32,000 nucleotides of DNA from Mycobacterium leprae TN (GTDB lineage Bacteria > Actinomycetota > Actinomycetes > Mycobacteriales > Mycobacteriaceae), in NCBI RefSeq assembly GCF_000195855.1, contig NC_002677.1, positions 1,680,001 to 1,712,000 of the forward strand. The letters run 5' to 3'. The position numbers and the translations under genes are program-made. Of the stretch, positions 28,520 through 32,000 are shown piece by piece. Numbering within the stretch: position 1 is the stretch's first letter; every line of letters begins with the position of its first letter. The notes beneath the pieces were generated by a model. That model did not search any database. It saw only the letters and a list, made by a program, of their open reading frames with translations, and was not told where the DNA came from.

Positions 28520-29330
28520 GGGGAGCCAATCCACGTTCCGGCATCAGTAGGCCGGGCCCGTTGGCTACCAGAATCTCGCTCGATCGACGCAGTTAGGCAC
28601 CCGGCACTTGCGATTGCCGCACCACGACGAGCTATGTGGATTCTGACTTTTCGACGAGCTATCACGCCGGCTGATCGCATACGAACAGTCGGTTCATCGT
28701 CAAATCCGGATACCGCTCTTGCCAACCGGCCAACCATTCTGTGAGATGGCGCTCTGCCGCTGACACCACCCCGGGCCAGTCCAAGCCCAGAAGTTCAAAT
28801 ACTGTTATGTCGCTTCACGCGTGCAAGGCGATCAGATCGATTCCCATACGCGACACTTCGTCGAACGCGAGCCGTGGCAAGGTCAGAAGCCGGTGAACTG
28901 TCGATTCCCAACAGGACAGGAGCATGCTGTAGATTCGGCATCAATAGACCTTCATTACGGATGACGGCGACCGAGCAATTGGCGTGCCGAACCAAGTAAA
29001 TCCCAGACTAATGTACCCCGGTCAATGCCGCCGAAAACCATCATTTGTGCCTTACTGGACATTTCGGCCAGCGCTTCGGCACTGGAGCCGAAAATACGAC
29101 CTCACTTTTGACGATGGCCCTTCGTTTCGCCGACATGGCGTCTTCGGCGATTTTTTGGCTACGTGTACCACGACCTTGCGGTCCTCCTCTTCCAGCCAAA
29201 TCCCGAAAGAGTCCGGGTCCGGGACTGGCGGTTAAGTTGCGGCGGCGACAATAACCACGTTGACCACAGTCAGTGAATTGTTTCTCTCCCTCAATAATAA
29301 GCAAGGGCAGAAGCCAACACACTCATCGTC
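28520..29330 (-). pseudogene. Universal stress protein (tandem USP domain) pseudogene
   Basis: Minus strand: NSLTVVNVVIVAAAT, MVRHANCSVAVIRNEG, QHAPVLLGIDSSPASDLATA, AFDEVSRMGIDLIALHA*SDITVFE, SAAERHLTEWLAGWQERYPDLTMNRLFVCDQPA, LVEKSES, spread across frames with stops. Confidence 0.75.
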
Positions 29331-29420
29331 GTGAGGCTTTAGTCCTCAACCACGCAGACAGAGGACCTTCGCTGGACCCGGTTGGGATCATCGGGGTTAT
29401 CGGCATGACCTTATCGCGAG

Positions 29421-29458
29421 ACATATCTATCTATCATATATATGATAGATAGATATGT
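29421..29458. repeat. Perfect 38-bp AT-rich palindrome
   Basis: ACATATCTATCTATCATATATATGATAGATAGATATGT is its own reverse complement at every position. Confidence 0.95.
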
Positions 29459-30506
29459 TGCATGTTTGCCAACAACACGATCCCCGTCCCGCATCATGCA
29501 CCAATACCCTTTGCTGCCCAACACTTTCTGCGGGAGATCACCAGCGACAGGTACTTGAGGACGAGAGGAACCTCTTAGCCGACCGTCAGGCCGGCTGTGT
29601 CATGTCACGAAGTCGATAGCTCGTCAGTCCGGCTGATCAGCGCCGGCGCCAGATCGTTCCAATCACGCACCAACAACTCAGCCGCCAAGCACTGGCGATT
29701 TTTTTGCCTGGTCATGGTGCAAGCAAGTACAGGACCTGACATGCGCCGTGCTGCCACTCAAAATATACCGTGGCACGTTGGACCAAGCCGTCAGGACCAG
29801 TCGCTGCGACTTCACGACCTGCCAGATATCGACAAACATACGGGGACCGACGACGAAGGTGTTAGGACCGCCTGGTCCCCGGCGCACCGCATCGGCGATC
29901 CGCGCCCCCTTCGACTCTGGGCCACTAGGTGGTCCACGAGAACGCCGGCCAGTGTGCCGGCCCAGTCCGGCGCACTGGCACAATATTCATATTCACAAGC
30001 CCGTCTCATGCCACCGAGGTGCTCAACAACGACATCTTCACTTCGCAGATCGCCCCCCGACACACACACCTGCGCAATGAGTTCGGTGTCGTGACGGCCC
30101 GCAACATAGATTCGACTGGCACGGGCATCCAACACCGTGACCGAACCATAGCCTGTCCGGCCCGCGGTAACCGGCGTAGCGCGGTCGGGAATCACCGGAC
30201 AACCCTCAAGCAGAAAACCCCAGTTAGCGAAAAGCCACAGGTGTGCCCGGTGCCGTTCTTCGAGGTCGATACGACCCTATTCGACTCGGACTACAGCGCC
30301 AACAGAGCCAAGCACGACATCCCCCAAGCCCGCACTCAGCTCCACTATGTGCTCAATCGAGCGGAGTCGGCATCGACCTCGACAAGGACGTCTGTTCCAT
30401 GACGAATCAGCCACCCGGCACAATACCTAGGAAACCTTGTGCGCCATCATCTTCGCAATGCGCCGTTGCGTAGCCCAGAACTGCTTACTACTCCGCGGGG
30501 GATTTT

Positions 30507-31496
30507 TTACAAGCCAGCCGACCGCGTAACCGGGCGGCCACAAGCCGTCAGATATTCAGTGTAATTCCACGTCTTCAAAAACTGTTGACCCGCCTGTAAT
30601 CCGCTTTGATAGAGCGCTTGCCGCTGCTCGACGGTGATGTTGAAGTCGATCGGACTCACCTCGTCTGCAGGCACAAAGATAGTACGTAACATGGTACATG
30701 AATCGTCGATGTATGCATTGTCCTGGTTACTCACCAAGGTCTCAATAGCAGCGATTCCCAACGACACTGGCCCACGCACCGGATGGGTAGGCGGAATGCC
30801 AGGACGAGCCGACAGTCGAATCCCGAATGTCGGCCATCGCGCATCACCGTCAGACCGGTCGAATAACTCCACCGGAAAAGTTGACAACAATCCGCCGTCG
30901 ACCCAGGTCGCGCCAGCCACCTGAACCGGTTCGAACACATACGGAATCGCCGACGAAGCGTGTACTGCGCGTGCCACTGAGAAGTCGTCCGGGTTGATGC
31001 CGTAGGCATCAAGGTCCCACGGGATGCGCACCAATCGACGTCGCGACAAATCACTGGCAGTCACGACCAGCGACCAGGCAAACTGTTCGGGCTCCTCACC
31101 GGTACGTAAGTCACCGAAGGTATACACGCCTAAGTCGCCGAGCAAACTGGTTAGCCACTCTTCGAGATAGGCCCCTTGGTAGACTCCATCCGACACTAGT
31201 AGCGACAGCCCGCCACCTATTAAAGGCACCCGCCCAATCAAACTACGGTCAAAGAATTTCCGATAGTCGATGGTGCGCATCACTTCAGCAAGCCGAGTCA
31301 GCGGCTCACCAGCGGTCTGCAAGGCGGCGATCAACGATGCAACAAGCGCGCCCGCGCTAGTCCCCGCCACACGAGGAAATCGGTAACCTGCCGTGGCCAG
31401 TGCGTCTACCGCTCCGACCAAGCCAATCCCGCGAATTCCGCCACCTTGACACACCAAGTCGGCATGCACAACACTCACAATTACTAAATATAGCAC
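30507..31496 (-). CDS. Patatin-like phospholipase family protein
   Basis: Up to 329 aa; oxyanion motif QGGGIRGIG, nucleophile motif GTSAG, catalytic DGG (WVDGGLLS). The start could instead be GTG at 31469 (VHADLVCQGGG). Confidence 0.92.
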   Translation of the reverse strand: MLYLVIVSVVHADLVCQGGGIRGIGLVGAVDALATAGYRFPRVAGTSAGALVASLIAALQTAGEPLTRLAEVMRTIDYRKFFDRSLIGRVPLIGGGLSLLVSDGVYQGAYLEEWLTSLLGDLGVYTFGDLRTGEEPEQFAWSLVVTASDLSRRRLVRIPWDLDAYGINPDDFSVARAVHASSAIPYVFEPVQVAGATWVDGGLLSTFPVELFDRSDGDARWPTFGIRLSARPGIPPTHPVRGPVSLGIAAIETLVSNQDNAYIDDSCTMLRTIFVPADEVSPIDFNITVEQRQALYQSGLQAGQQFLKTWNYTEYLTACGRPVTRSAGL

Positions 31497-31565
31497 TATT
31501 ATGTCAGTTTATCTGGTGCGCAGCACGCGGACTAAGTCCTACTCAGTCCTAACTGAACGAGGTGC

Positions 31566-32000
31566 TCAAGAAATTCGATGGCCATCAACGCCGAAGAAAT
31601 GCACATTCCCGGGTTCTGTATACAGACGAACGCGGCTGCCCTTTGCCGGCGGGTTTCGGCCGTCGACGCGTGCAACGACAAGTTGGTCGGTTACTTTGCT
31701 GGCACCTGCGATTCGGCCATATAGATAAGCATCGGCCCCGAGCTCTTCGACCATGTCGATCTCCACTTCGACACCGAGGCTGCCCAGCTCGAAATGTTCG
31801 GGACGGACGCCGATGATGACCTCGCTTGCGGCGCTGGCGATTTCACGCGGTATGCGAATCGGCCAATCCCCCAGCAAAACAGAGGAATCGACGATCGAGA
31901 GGGTGACCAAGTTCATTCCGGGAGACCCTATGAATCCTGCGACAAAAACATTCTCGGGTTTGTGATAAAGTTCACGAGGCGTAGCGAACTGTTGTAACAC
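31566..32000 (-). CDS. ABC transporter ATP-binding protein, C-terminal part (sugar/UgpC-type), truncated by the window end
   Basis: LQQFATPRELYHKPENVFVAGFIGSPGMNL followed by a TOBE/MalK-like regulatory domain (IIGVRPEHFELGSLGVEVEIDMVEELGADAYLYG). The frame is open to the window edge. Confidence 0.9.
   Translation of the reverse strand: MLQQFATPRELYHKPENVFVAGFIGSPGMNLVTLSIVDSSVLLGDWPIRIPREIASAASEVIIGVRPEHFELGSLGVEVEIDMVEELGADAYLYGRIAGASKVTDQLVVARVDGRNPPAKGSRVRLYTEPGNVHFFGVDGHRIS

Overview
The window reads as a pseudogene-rich, slow-growing mycobacterial chromosome segment. Protein sequences and gene order match my memory of Mycobacterium leprae (inference; no database search was possible). 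The intact backbone on the + strand is pheS-pheT followed by a complete arginine biosynthesis cluster, argC-argJ-argB-argD-argF-argR-argG-argH (7.67-16.30 kb). Other apparently intact genes are a cdh-like CDP-diacylglycerol pyrophosphatase (+), a thioredoxin-fold CNHC protein (-), a PAS-GGDEF diguanylate cyclase (-), a patatin-like phospholipase (-) and the C-terminal part of a sugar ABC transporter ATPase (-, truncated by the window end). Between them are decayed genes recognisable by family motifs in shifting frames: a PE-family relic, an IS256-family transposase relic, a PE/PE_PGRS-like gene with an in-frame stop, a pks10-like chalcone-synthase-type relic, a pks7-like KS-domain relic, a copper amine oxidase relic and a universal stress protein relic. 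Non-coding signals include a near-perfect ARG box just upstream of argC and a perfect 38-bp AT-rich palindrome at 29421-29458. I found no CRISPR array, tRNA or rRNA, and no convincing new multi-gene system. The best second-look items are the palindrome(s), a KYSGN variant in the ArgB nucleotide/substrate motif, the YxxxK change plus stop in the PE protein, the stand-alone GGDEF enzyme, and the relics of a copper amine oxidase and an IS256 element.
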